From Dehalococcoidia bacterium (GTDB taxonomy: Bacteria; Chloroflexota; Dehalococcoidia; Plut-88900), in contig CBDFLQ010000006.1 of the NCBI GenBank assembly GCA_965249275.1, positions 480,001 to 544,000 of the forward strand: a DNA stretch of 64,000 nt, in the 5' to 3' direction. Of the stretch, positions 37,043 to 46,873 are shown piece by piece. Position 1 is the stretch's first letter, and each line of letters opens with the position of its first letter. A program made the translations under genes and the position numbers. The notes below the pieces were generated by a model. That model did no database searches and had not been told where the DNA came from. It saw only the letters and a program-made list of their open reading frames with translations.

Positions 37043-38566
37043 TTATCCCAGCCCCCGAGGCCTGTACTGTACTGCCTCAGCGACATGAGCAATCTCTATG
37101 CCCTCTGATCCAGACAGATCTGCTATTGTCCTCGACAGCTTCAATATCCGGTGAAATCCCCGCGCCGATAACTGAAGCTGCTGCGTCGCCTGTTGCAGCA
37201 AGCCGCGAGCCCCATCTTCCAAAGTGCAGACGTCCTTCACCTGCGCGGCTCCCATGTCCGCGTTGCAGGCCAGCCCGCTCCCTTCGAACCGGGCAATCTG
37301 GCGGCCTCGGGCCTCTTCTACTCTCCGTCTCGCCTGTTCTGATGCCTCCGCATCATCCGTATTCATTAGCTTTTCGTAGTCTACTCTCGGCACTTCCACG
37401 AACATGTCGATACGGTCCAGAAGCGGTCCACTGATCCGTTTCTGGTATCGGGACACGAGCCCCGGCGCGCAGGTGCACTCCCTGATCGTGTCTCCGTAGA
37501 ATCCGCAGGGACATGGATTCATGGCAGCCACCATCATGAAATTTGCCGGAAAAGTGACCGTTCCCTGGGCACGGCTGATGGTTACCACCTTGTCTTCAAT
37601 AGGCTGGCGAAGCACTTCCAACGTATTCCGTCCGAATTCGGGCAACTCGTCAAGGAACAGCACTCCCCTATGGCTCAGGCTTATCTCCCCCGGCCCGGGT
37701 CTCCGACCTCCGCCCACCAACCCCGCATGAGAGATGGTGTAGTGAGGCGATCGGAAGGGCCTCTGTCTCATGAGCGCCGTGTCCGATTGAAGCATCCCGC
37801 TCACGCTGTATATCTTCGTCACTTCCAGCGCCTCGTCGGAAGACATCTTGGGCAAGAGGGAGGGTAGTGACCGGGCTAACATTGTCTTGCCGCTTCCCGG
37901 CGGGCCTGTCATCAGGATGTTGTGGCCTCCTGCCGCTGCAATCTCCAAAGCCCGCTTGGCATGCTCCTGCCCCTTGATGTGGGCAAAGTCCGATTCGAAG
38001 AATTGCGGCTCCTCGTCGCCGGAATCGGCCTCATCTTCATGATGAGCAGCCATGGGTACGTCACCTCTAAGGTGGTTGACGAGGGATGGCAGCGTTGTCA
38101 CAGGAAAAATGTCTATCCCGTCCACGACGGCCGCTTCCGCCTTGTCGTGGTCGGGCACGTAAACTCCGCGGAAACCCTTGTCCTTGGCGATGCCCACCAT
38201 TGGCAGGACTCCGTGGGTGTGCCTGACCGACCCCTCCAGCGAGAGCTCGCCAAGGAAGATAACGTCGGAGGCATCAGTCTCTACCTGCCCGGAGCTCATC
38301 AGAATCCCGACGGCAATGGGCAGGTCGTAGGCAGGGCCCTCTTTTCGCAGGTCGGCAGGGGCCAGGTTGACGGTAATCCGCTTCATCGGGAACTGGTACC
38401 CCGAGTTCCGGATCGCCGCCCTTACTCTCTCACGAGACTCCTGTACTGCCGTGTCCGGCAGCCCGACTATCGTGAATGTCGGCAGCCCCGGAGAGATATC
38501 TATCTCTACTTCAATTATGGCCCCTTCCAGGCCAACAACTGCGCAGCTTCTAACCCTTGCCAGCAT
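37043..38566 (-). CDS. comM: YifB/ComM Mg-chelatase-like AAA+ ATPase
   Basis: IVGLPDTAVQESRERV, NLAPADLRKEG, GPPGSGKT, LFLDELPEF, AAMNPCPCG. Confidence 0.96.
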   Translation of the reverse strand: MLARVRSCAVVGLEGAIIEVEIDISPGLPTFTIVGLPDTAVQESRERVRAAIRNSGYQFPMKRITVNLAPADLRKEGPAYDLPIAVGILMSSGQVETDASDVIFLGELSLEGSVRHTHGVLPMVGIAKDKGFRGVYVPDHDKAEAAVVDGIDIFPVTTLPSLVNHLRGDVPMAAHHEDEADSGDEEPQFFESDFAHIKGQEHAKRALEIAAAGGHNILMTGPPGSGKTMLARSLPSLLPKMSSDEALEVTKIYSVSGMLQSDTALMRQRPFRSPHYTISHAGLVGGGRRPGPGEISLSHRGVLFLDELPEFGRNTLEVLRQPIEDKVVTISRAQGTVTFPANFMMVAAMNPCPCGFYGDTIRECTCAPGLVSRYQKRISGPLLDRIDMFVEVPRVDYEKLMNTDDAEASEQARRRVEEARGRQIARFEGSGLACNADMGAAQVKDVCTLEDGARGLLQQATQQLQLSARGFHRILKLSRTIADLSGSEGIEIAHVAEAVQYRPRGLG

Positions 38567-38582
38567 GAGTGCAGGGAACTCT

Positions 38583-39488
38583 TTAATCCGAGTCCGTGCC
38601 CTGCGCCCTCACTTGGACCCCCGCCCTCTCCTCTATGATCAGGTCTGTTGAAGTGAAATTCCTGTTGCCCCAGCCCCGGTCCATAGCCTCCAGCTGGATC
38701 TGTTCCGCTATGCTGGACAAAGGCATCGGGGCTCGCACCTCGCGTGCCAGCTGTATCGCCAAAGAAGTGTCCTTCTGCGACAGCTTGAGTGCAAAGCTCG
38801 CGGGATCGAACTTGCCCGCAAGCAGATCGCTCTCCAAGCCACCGACAGGAGAACGGGCATACATACCCCCGCCTACTGCCTTCAAAAGGGTCTCGGCGTC
38901 CACGCCGGCCTTGACGCCCATGGTCATGCCTTCCAGCACTACCATCCGGGTCGCCGCACCCATGACGTTGTGGACCAGCTTGCAAACCGAGCCATTGCCT
39001 ATGCCGCCCGTGTACAGGATGTTGGCGCCCAGGTGGTCCAGCAGGGGCTTCACCCTATCGAATATCTCCCTGTCTCCGCCGATCATTATTATCATCGACC
39101 GGTTTGTTGCCCCAACTTCGCCGCCGCTTACAGGGGCGTCCAAGACGTGAGCGCCCTTCTCCCTGAACGCCGGGTACATCCTCCGGGCGAGGGACGGAGA
39201 GATGCTGGACAAGTCCACGTATACGGAGTCCTTGGAGATCCCATCCAGAATGCTGTCGGGGCCGAAAGCCACAGCTTCCACCTCTACGGGGCCCGGAAGG
39301 GAACTCAGGATAATTTCGCTGCCCTCCGCAGCCTCCCGGGGCGTTGCCGCCCAGTCAGCCCCCATCTCCTCCAGTGGCCGGACCGCCTCCCGATTGACGT
39401 CGTTGACCTTAAGTTTGTAGCCGTCTTCCAAAAGATTGCGCGCCATCGGCCCGCCCATAGTCCCGACACCAATAAAGCCCAAGTTCAT
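38583..39488 (-). CDS. NAD(P)-dependent beta-hydroxyacid dehydrogenase (3-hydroxyisobutyrate dehydrogenase family)
   Basis: GFIGVGTMGGPMA, DAPVSGG, CKLVHN, KDTSLA. Confidence 0.92.
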   Translation of the reverse strand: MNLGFIGVGTMGGPMARNLLEDGYKLKVNDVNREAVRPLEEMGADWAATPREAAEGSEIILSSLPGPVEVEAVAFGPDSILDGISKDSVYVDLSSISPSLARRMYPAFREKGAHVLDAPVSGGEVGATNRSMIIMIGGDREIFDRVKPLLDHLGANILYTGGIGNGSVCKLVHNVMGAATRMVVLEGMTMGVKAGVDAETLLKAVGGGMYARSPVGGLESDLLAGKFDPASFALKLSQKDTSLAIQLAREVRAPMPLSSIAEQIQLEAMDRGWGNRNFTSTDLIIEERAGVQVRAQGTDSD

Positions 39489-39564
39489 ATCAAGCACTCC
39501 TACTAGGAATAATCGGCCGCCCACCCGACTCTACGAGCCGCCATTATAGCAATGACACATCCGC

Positions 39565-39593
39565 TTGACACCTCGTGACCCACGGTCTAGCCT
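39565..39593 (+). promoter_or_regulatory. Putative sigma70 promoter
   Basis: TTGACA-17-TAGCCT upstream of 39643. Confidence 0.55.
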
Positions 39594-39642
39594 CCCGGTT
39601 AGTCGGGCCAATGGTTATTGCAGATGGAGATTGGGGGCAGTC

Positions 39643-40761
39643 ATGGCCAGAAATGGATTCAAAGTAATGGACTCCGACATGCACGTGATCGAGCCAATAG
39701 ACCTGTGGCAGACATACATGGATCCCGCCTTTCGGGACCGAGCGCCGAAGGGCGTCACCCGATTCCAGGGCGACATGATGATGGAGGTGAGCGGGAAGAA
39801 CGTACCTTACTGGATGCCCAGCAAGCGCTACTTCGATTGGCAAAAGCAGACAGCCGAAGACCAGGACGCCGCCTACAAATACTCTTACGAGCGGAATTGG
39901 AACTCGGCTACCCAGGTCCGGGCCATGGACATAGAGGGATTGGACGTCGCCTTTCTCTACCCCAGCCGAGGACTCTACACCCTAGCCGTAGATGGAATGG
40001 AGCCCGAGCTTGGGGCGGCTATTGCCACAGCCTACAACCGCTGGATGCACGATTTTTGCTCCATTGCCACGGACCGAATGTACGGCGCCTCGATGGTGTC
40101 TCCGTTCGACGTGGAATCCGCTGTCACCGAGGCCCGTGCCAGCATCCAGGACCAGGGCCTGAAAGCGATTTTCATGAGGCCTAACATTGTGAATGGGCGC
40201 AACTGGCACGATCCTTATTACGACCCCCTTTGGGCCGAGATAGAGTCCCTGGGCGTTCCATTAGGTTTTCACGAGGGGGCTAGTGCGCGCTTGCCGCAAA
40301 TTGGCGACAGGTTCGAGACTTATATGATGCATCACACAGTCTGTCACCCGATGAACATGATGCTGGCTGTCGTGAGTTTCATAGGAGGTGGTGTCCTGGA
40401 GCGGTTCCCGAAGCTCAAAGTCGGTTTCCTGGAGGCCAACTGCGGCTGGGCCCCCTGGCTCGTCTGGAGGCTCGATGAGCATTATGAGCTCGTCGGCCGC
40501 TTCGAGTCTCCGGAGCTCAAGCACGAGCCCAAGGACTACTTCTTGAGGCAGTGCTTCGTGTCGGTGGAGGCCGATGAAACCCCCGCTACCTTCGTGGAGA
40601 CTTCGGGCCTTAGCAGCACGGTTGTGTTCTCCACCGATTACCCCCATAACGACTCAAAGTTCCCGAAGGCGACCGATATGTTCCTGGAAATGCCCCTGTC
40701 CGAGGAATTCAAGCGCATGATCCTGTGGGACAACTGCGCCCGAATGTACAACTTCAACTGA
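39643..40761 (+). CDS. Amidohydrolase family (Amidohydro_2) protein
   Basis: DSDMHVIEP, GFHEG, LEANCGW, FSTDYPH, NCARMYNFN. Confidence 0.92.
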   Translation: MARNGFKVMDSDMHVIEPIDLWQTYMDPAFRDRAPKGVTRFQGDMMMEVSGKNVPYWMPSKRYFDWQKQTAEDQDAAYKYSYERNWNSATQVRAMDIEGLDVAFLYPSRGLYTLAVDGMEPELGAAIATAYNRWMHDFCSIATDRMYGASMVSPFDVESAVTEARASIQDQGLKAIFMRPNIVNGRNWHDPYYDPLWAEIESLGVPLGFHEGASARLPQIGDRFETYMMHHTVCHPMNMMLAVVSFIGGGVLERFPKLKVGFLEANCGWAPWLVWRLDEHYELVGRFESPELKHEPKDYFLRQCFVSVEADETPATFVETSGLSSTVVFSTDYPHNDSKFPKATDMFLEMPLSEEFKRMILWDNCARMYNFN

Positions 40762-40876
40762 GCACACCAAGCAACTTCGATTCGTAGTATGCTATGCGGC
40801 AACGTCGGCTCAACTCCGAGTTAGAGCAGGCAATACGGAGACCACATTATCGAGACGAAGGGAGGTCGGACAGCAA

Positions 40877-42124
40877 ATGAAAGACGGAATGAGGTTCGTG
40901 GATTGTGACATGCACATTATGGAGCCCCAGGACCTGTTCGACCGGTACCTGGACACCAAGTTCAAGGACCGAGTCTCTTCCATGGTCGGCGCAGACGGCG
41001 CCTCCCGGGCCAACTGGTATATCGACGGGATACACCCGTCCGAGGACACCGAGCTTTCCCAGTACCGCAAACCCATACGCCCCAACACCGCCGACACCTC
41101 CATCCTCGGCCCCTCTCTCGGCAACCTCACCAGCTCTCGCCTCATCGCAACGGGCCGCATGGATTTCGCCCTGGACCGCAAGTACAACGAGGAAGCCCAG
41201 GTCATGGCGATGGAGATGGAGGGGATCGATATCGCCGTCCTCTTCCCCACCTCGGGCCTCAACCTGCTGGCTCGAGACAACATGGACCCCCTACTCTCCT
41301 ACGCCCTTTGCCGGGCCTATAACGACTGGCTTCACGAGTTCTGCCAGGCCAGCCCCGACCAACTGAAGTTCGCAGCCATGCTCCCGGTCCACGACGTAAA
41401 CCTGGCTTGCCGTGAGCTGCTCAGGGCCGTCAACGAGCTCGGGGCGGTGGGGTCTTTCATACGGCCCAACCTGATCAACGGCCACTACTGGCACTCCAAC
41501 TACTGGGACCCCCTCTATTCTCTGCACGAGGACCTGGATGTCACCTGGGGCTTCCACGAAGGCACCGGGCCCTGGTACTCCTACATGAACCGCCTCTACG
41601 GCGAGAACCGCTTCTACCGTCACGTGGCCAGCCACTGGATTGAGATGCAGCAGGCCATGATCGCCCAGCTCATCGGTGGTGTCTTCGAGTTCCACCCCAG
41701 GCTCCGGGTCGGTTATCTGGAAGCTCAGAACTCCTGGGTCCCGGGCATTTTGACCAGAATTGAATGGGACTATCCCAACTACAAAGAGACCCATGCCCCC
41801 TACCTGACCATGACACCCAAGGAGTATTTCCTGCGCAACTGCTGGGCAGCCGTGGAGGGCTCGGAGCCCGAGATTGAGCCGACGGCCAGCCTCATTGGAT
41901 CGGAGCACATGTGCATGTCCACTGACTACCCTCACTTCGACTCCAACTTCCCCAATGTCTCCAATAATCTGCTCAACACCGTGTCCCGGGAGACGGCCAA
42001 GAACATCTTGTACGGCGGCGCTCTCCTCTACAACTTCTCCGAGGCAGATTTCGCCAAGGCCGACGCTGCCATGGCCACCTTCCAGGCAGAACACCAGAAG
42101 GAGAGGGCTCCCGCAATAGGGTAA
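40877..42124 (+). CDS. Amidohydrolase family (Amidohydro_2) protein
   Basis: DCDMHIMEP, GFHEG, LEAQNSW, MSTDYPHFD. Confidence 0.92.
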   Translation: MKDGMRFVDCDMHIMEPQDLFDRYLDTKFKDRVSSMVGADGASRANWYIDGIHPSEDTELSQYRKPIRPNTADTSILGPSLGNLTSSRLIATGRMDFALDRKYNEEAQVMAMEMEGIDIAVLFPTSGLNLLARDNMDPLLSYALCRAYNDWLHEFCQASPDQLKFAAMLPVHDVNLACRELLRAVNELGAVGSFIRPNLINGHYWHSNYWDPLYSLHEDLDVTWGFHEGTGPWYSYMNRLYGENRFYRHVASHWIEMQQAMIAQLIGGVFEFHPRLRVGYLEAQNSWVPGILTRIEWDYPNYKETHAPYLTMTPKEYFLRNCWAAVEGSEPEIEPTASLIGSEHMCMSTDYPHFDSNFPNVSNNLLNTVSRETAKNILYGGALLYNFSEADFAKADAAMATFQAEHQKERAPAIG

Positions 42125-42150
42125 CCTTTCCATCTCCCCGGAAGTAAAGT

Positions 42151-42184
42151 AAAGACCCGCCTCGCTGAGCGAGGCGGGTCTTTT
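42151..42184. terminator. Bidirectional intrinsic terminator
   Basis: AAAGACCCGCCTCGC-TGA-GCGAGGCGGGTCTTTT between convergent genes. Confidence 0.82.
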
Positions 42185-42212
42185 GCAACTCTTTCTGTAA
42201 GAGATCGCTGTT

Positions 42213-42569
42213 CTACAGGTAAGTCGTGTGCTTTTCGGTGAAGGCGTCGGTCACGGGGAAGAAGACCAGCAGCTTAGCCGGTTTCGTCCCAACCACTGTG
42301 AACCCGTGGTGTGCGCCAGTCGGAATGGCGAGGGTCTGCAACGGATTTATTCGCTCCGTCACGCCGTTCGTAGTAGCGTCCACTTCCCCTTCCAGTACGA
42401 CAATCAGCTCGTCCACGTCGTGGTGATGGTACGGCGCACCCGCACCCGGGTCCACAATGTGATAGTCGAAGGTGAGCTCGAACCCATCGTCGTATCCGGC
42501 CAGCCTTCTGCGCCGGTAGCCGGGCCTACGGGTCTCTTCGGCTGCACTCTCGTGGTCGATTATTGACAT
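42213..42569 (-). CDS. Cupin domain protein
   Basis: PGAGAPYHHHDVDELIVVLEG..IPTGAHHGF. Confidence 0.9.
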   Translation of the reverse strand: MSIIDHESAAEETRRPGYRRRRLAGYDDGFELTFDYHIVDPGAGAPYHHHDVDELIVVLEGEVDATTNGVTERINPLQTLAIPTGAHHGFTVVGTKPAKLLVFFPVTDAFTEKHTTYL

Positions 42570-42591
42570 TCCAATTACCTTTCGTCGAGAA

Positions 42592-43098
42592 TTAGCCGCC
42601 GTAGAAGACTTTGTCTCCCAGGTCCTTCATCCAGAGCGTGGCGTCGTCAACCCGACCTTCTCCCAGGTCTCCCGGCGTACCGGCTTCGATCACTTCTCCG
42701 ATGAAAATGGAGTGATCGCCCTTCTCAATGGTGTCGGTCAGCTTACACTCGACCCACGCGGGAGCGCTGTCGAGAATCGGTGCTCCCGAGCTTCCGGCCT
42801 TGAATGACTCGCCGCCTATGGAGTTGCCGTCCCTTTCGTGGGACTTGAAGAAGTTGAAAGCCAGGCCCTGCTGGCCCTTCCCCAGTACGTTCAGGACGAA
42901 ACTGCCGCTGTCTTTAACTATGGCGTGGGCGCCGGAGTCGGCCTTCACCCCAACTGCCACCAGGGGCGGTGCGAATGAGGCCTGAGTCACCCAGTTCACC
43001 GTAGCCGCGGCCACCGACCCATCCTTGCCCTCAGCCGTCATTACGTAGATCCCGTACGGGATCATTCTGAGCGCCTTTTTCTTTGCATCCTGGTCCAT
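42592..43098 (-). CDS. Flavin reductase family protein
   Basis: IPYGIYVMT, WVTQASFAPPLV, GDHSIFIGEV. Confidence 0.92.
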   Translation of the reverse strand: MDQDAKKKALRMIPYGIYVMTAEGKDGSVAAATVNWVTQASFAPPLVAVGVKADSGAHAIVKDSGSFVLNVLGKGQQGLAFNFFKSHERDGNSIGGESFKAGSSGAPILDSAPAWVECKLTDTIEKGDHSIFIGEVIEAGTPGDLGEGRVDDATLWMKDLGDKVFYGG

Positions 43099-43158
43099 TG
43101 ATTTCCTCCCAATTGGTTACTTCAGTCGGTACCCGGCTGAGCCATTATATCAGTACGT

Positions 43159-43187
43159 TTGACACCCGTTTACCGCGATGGGATACT
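43159..43187 (+). promoter_or_regulatory. Putative sigma70 promoter
   Basis: TTGACA-17-GATACT upstream of 43208. Confidence 0.5.
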
Positions 43188-43207
43188 CGCCCGAAGGGGG
43201 CACAACT

Positions 43208-44377
43208 ATGAAATACACCACTATTTCGGCGGACACACATATCGACATCCCGTGGCTTCCGGCGGATTTGTTCACGTCCAACGCCCCAGATGAGTACAAG
43301 TCCCACATGCCCCAGGTCGAGGAGACCGGCCAAGGCTTGATGTGGATGGTGGACGGGGAGGTGCTGGGATCCGTTGCGGGGGCCGGCCTCAAAGATGCCT
43401 GGGAGCCCTATGTTCCAGGACTGTCAAAGCACCTCGACGAAATGGCGGGCACGGAGTTCTTCACCGATGGGGAGAAGGGTCAATTCCACCCCACCACGCC
43501 CCACCTCCGCCTTAAAGACCAGGACTTGGACGGCGTCCAGGCAGAGGTCATTTACGGCATCCTGGGCTTGGGTGGCGGGTTACCGGTCGGGGGCAATGAT
43601 TACGGCATAACCGACGCCGACCGCACGGTTTTGATGTACGACATCTACAACGAGTGGCTGGCCGGTTTTTGCAGCAGCAATCCCGACAGATTCGCCGGAC
43701 TCGCCTGCCTTACCAGCCACGACCCGAAAGTCGCCGCAGATCAACTGCGGAAAGCCGCCGAGATGGGGCTTCGGGGCGCCGAGTTGAACGTCAGTCAAGC
43801 CGTCAAACCCATCTACCACGAGGCTTGGGACCCCCTGTGGGCCGTCTCAGAAGAGTGCCAAATGCCTGTTTCCTTCCACACTCTCGGCATACCCTACCGC
43901 AAGCCCGACCCCGAGGACCGAAAGAGGCTGGAGTGGGTAGACTTCGGGCTCACCTTGGTGATGTTTCAACTTTCCGGGGCAGAGTTCCTGGCAAGTATGA
44001 CGTTCGGAGGCGCATGTGATCGGTACCCGGGGTTCAAGTACGTTCTCGGAGAGTGCGGCATTGGGTGGATCCCCTACGTGCTATACCGTATGGACGAGGA
44101 ATACAAAGAGACGCTGTTCCACCTGAACCTGAGCATGGAGCCCAGCCAGCTGTGGCATCGGCAGGGTTACTCCACATTCCAGCACGAACGCCCAACCCAG
44201 GAAGTAGTGGACACAATCGGTGAGGACAACGTCATGTGGGGTTCCGACTACCCCCACCATGATGGCGTCTGGCCCTACTCCCAGAGGGTGATAAAGGAAG
44301 ACCTGGGACACCTGGACCAATCGGTCATCGACAAGATCACCTGTCACAACGCGGCAAAGCTCTACCGGTTCAACTAA
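43208..44377 (+). CDS. Amidohydrolase family (Amidohydro_2) protein
   Basis: SADTHID, PVSFH, FQLSGAE, GECGIGWIPY, WGSDYPH. Confidence 0.92.
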   Translation: MKYTTISADTHIDIPWLPADLFTSNAPDEYKSHMPQVEETGQGLMWMVDGEVLGSVAGAGLKDAWEPYVPGLSKHLDEMAGTEFFTDGEKGQFHPTTPHLRLKDQDLDGVQAEVIYGILGLGGGLPVGGNDYGITDADRTVLMYDIYNEWLAGFCSSNPDRFAGLACLTSHDPKVAADQLRKAAEMGLRGAELNVSQAVKPIYHEAWDPLWAVSEECQMPVSFHTLGIPYRKPDPEDRKRLEWVDFGLTLVMFQLSGAEFLASMTFGGACDRYPGFKYVLGECGIGWIPYVLYRMDEEYKETLFHLNLSMEPSQLWHRQGYSTFQHERPTQEVVDTIGEDNVMWGSDYPHHDGVWPYSQRVIKEDLGHLDQSVIDKITCHNAAKLYRFN

Positions 44378-44504
44378 TCCTCCCTATCCCCTCGACAGGA
44401 TATCCTCGTCCTGGAATTGAAGCAGCCTCAACACGTCTAACTGCTATAGTCTTGACGCGTCGACATTCTTTTGCTCCATCCCTCCCCCTTTACACTGTCA
44501 TTCC

Positions 44505-45560
44505 TGTAAGTGTTAGGTAATTCGTTGACAGATTGGTATAAGAGGCCAACACCAATCTGGAGGCGAGAATGCGAGACAATAGCAAGGACCTCACCCTTGA
44601 ACGGAACTACATTCAGAAGTGGCGGTTCCTCATCCATGAGTATCAACTGGTCAAGGCAGGGAAGCATCCCCGTTTCCGCTTCGCCCAGGACTTCTACTCC
44701 TTCCACGGCACCAGCCGTCAGACCTTTGCCAAGTACTACAACCGATTCCTCCTCTCCCCCTCCGACAACGCCTTCCTCCCCCGTAAGCGGGGTCCCGGGT
44801 GGAAGTCCCGCCGCACCCTGCCCTACATTGAGCAGAAGGTCATCAACGAGCGCCTTAACGGTACCAACCGTTACGAGATCTATGCCATACTCAAACCCAT
44901 CCTTAAACACAACACCCCTAAGCCCTCCACCATCTACGCCATCACCAGACGCCACGGTTTCAATAGGCTCACAAAGCCGATGCAGCAGTCGAAGCGCAAG
45001 ATCATCAAGACCCGGGCAGGAGAGCTGGGCCACCTGGACAGCCACTACCTCAGCCGGGATACCATCGTGGGCACCAAGCACCGCTACTACCTGGTGGGCC
45101 TCATCGACGCCTACACCCGTCTGGCCTGGGCCGAAGTGGTCGGAGACATCAAGAGTCTCTCCGTTATGTTTGCTGTATTGAAGTCCATCAACTTCCTCAA
45201 TGCGGAGTACGGCATCCAATTCGAGGCTATCCTCACCGACAACGGCCCCGAGATGGCCTCCCCAAGGAACACCGAGGGCCACCCCATGGAACGGATGCTC
45301 AATGAGCTGGGCATAAAGCACCGCTACACCCGCCCTTATAGGCCCCAGACCAACGGGAAGATAGAGCGGTTCTGGAGAACCTTGAACGAGGACCTGCTGG
45401 AGGGGACAACCTTCGAATCGGTCTCGGAACTGAAGGACGAGCTTCAGCAATACCTGATCTACTACAATACTCAGAGACCCCACCAGGCAATGGACGGAAA
45501 GACCCCTTTGCAAACCCTTAAATCTCTCTAATTCTGTCAACGAATTACCTGACATCTACA
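44505..45560 (+). mobile_element. IS481-family insertion sequence, apparently intact
   Basis: 28-bp TIRs TGTAAGTGTTAGGTAATTCGTTGACAGA / TCTGTCAACGAATTACCTGACATCTACA (25/28 match, TGT..ACA ends); 5-bp target duplication ATTCC (44500-44504, 45561-45565). Confidence 0.92.
44569..45531 (+). CDS. IS481-family DDE transposase (integrase core)
   Basis: GHLDS, IDAYTR, LTDNGPE, TRPYRPQTNGKIERF, YNTQRPHQ..GKTP. Confidence 0.93.
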   Translation: MRDNSKDLTLERNYIQKWRFLIHEYQLVKAGKHPRFRFAQDFYSFHGTSRQTFAKYYNRFLLSPSDNAFLPRKRGPGWKSRRTLPYIEQKVINERLNGTNRYEIYAILKPILKHNTPKPSTIYAITRRHGFNRLTKPMQQSKRKIIKTRAGELGHLDSHYLSRDTIVGTKHRYYLVGLIDAYTRLAWAEVVGDIKSLSVMFAVLKSINFLNAEYGIQFEAILTDNGPEMASPRNTEGHPMERMLNELGIKHRYTRPYRPQTNGKIERFWRTLNEDLLEGTTFESVSELKDELQQYLIYYNTQRPHQAMDGKTPLQTLKSL

Positions 45561-46140
45561 ATTCCGAGGCCCCGCGAGGAATCTGGGGGGGCGGCGTCCT
45601 GTCCCCTCTCCCTCCGATGGGCCGTAGGTGCGCCGAGGCGTGAGAGGGCTAGGGCCGTAGGCTCGCCGAGGAGAGTAAGGGTGATTCCTCCCCAAATTGT
45701 GACACCACCCCCTGATCTCGCTCACATAGAGTGGTGACACCACCCACTCCCCCCTCCCGAGGCCCCGCGAGGAATCTCAAGCGCCCCACCCCTTGCCCCC
45801 CCGTCATTCCTGCGGAGGCGGGTCGCAGATGCTGTAAGTGCGCCTTTGGCGTGCGCCAAGGCGTGAACCCATTCCTCCTGAAGGCGCACCACCCCGCCGA
45901 GCCGGAATCCATCCCTCGGTGGGGCCGCTCACCCTGAGGCACTCGAAGGGTCGAGCGGGGGGCGGCCCACCACCGCAAATCCGTCGCATCCCTGGAAAGC
46001 CCCCCACCCCTTTCTCCCCCGTCGTTCCTGCGGAGGCAGGAACCCATCCCTCCTGAAGGTGCACCACCCCGCCGAGCCGGGACCCATCCCTCCGCAGGGG
46101 CGGTTCGCGAACCGCCCTGACCCCTGCTTAACCTCGCCTC
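45561..46140. repeat. Dense mosaic of REP-like palindromes
   Basis: CCGAGGCCCCGCGAGGAATCT twice, GTC(A/G)TTCCTGCGGAGGC twice, ~52-bp direct repeat 45866-45917/46041-46092, CCCTGAG..TCGAAGGG unit, GCAGGGGCGGTTCGCGAACCGCCC unit. Confidence 0.8.
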
Positions 46141-46170
46141 CGTCTCCGCCGCATCGAGCCATGTGCAACA

Positions 46171-46873
46171 AAAAGTGACACGAACCCCTTGACCAAACTT
46201 GTACACATGTACTATATTCACACCCGACTAGCTCGTCACACACCCCAAACCCAAGGAGGAACCAAAACCCAGGGGGAACCACAGCCCCGGCCCCCGAGGA
46301 CTCAACGTCCCAGCCCATCCCAAAGGGCGGCCCATGCCGCCCCACGGCTCAAGCGAAAGCCGCCATCTCCTCTACCAAAGGCCCCGGCTCACCTTCCCCC
46401 CGCAACCACCAAGCGATGGAAGGTCCACAGACTATGCTCGGCAGGCCCCGTCCTGCGACGCCCTGCCGATTCAACGCTCCCCATCATCGGATGCGTTTAT
46501 CCCGGCCCTTTGCGCGCCGGTTTTCCCGGTAGGTCAACCGACCCCCGGTTTAGCAAGGCCCTCGTGTCCTTGTTTGTCCCGCCGTCCCCACCATCCGTCT
46601 ACCCGGCGGATGCACCGGGACGCCGGTTCTGAAAGTCCGCCTCAGGCGGCATCTTCCCCGTCAGCGGTCCGGTCAAGTGCCGCTGCCGGTGGGATCGGCC
46701 CCACACAACCCTGACCGCGGCCGACAACATGTGGGGACAAGCCAGCCCGGCGCCGACGGCCCGGCATCAACCCCCGGTCTGGATTCTAGTCACGAACCTT
46801 CCATCGCCTGCCCCCTCCCAAACAAACCAAACCGAAACCCCACAATCGAAGATCCGCCTCTGGAGGACTGAAT
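46171..46873 (+). ncRNA. Copy 2 of the ~710-bp non-coding repeat; candidate large structured RNA
   Basis: Same layout as 20065-20780; closing helix 46413-46426 with 46794-46807 (one mismatch). Confidence 0.6.
46189..46218 (+). promoter_or_regulatory. sigma70-type promoter with overlapping LexA-like palindrome
   Basis: TTGACC-18-TATATT with GTAC-ACAT-GTAC (46201-46212). Confidence 0.6.

Noticed and set aside
44437-45555. 372-aa minus-strand ORF
   Set aside because: Antisense shadow of the IS481 transposase
45561-46140. Possible CRISPR array
   Set aside because: Repeats are heterogeneous palindromes without regular repeat-spacer periodicity; no cas genes
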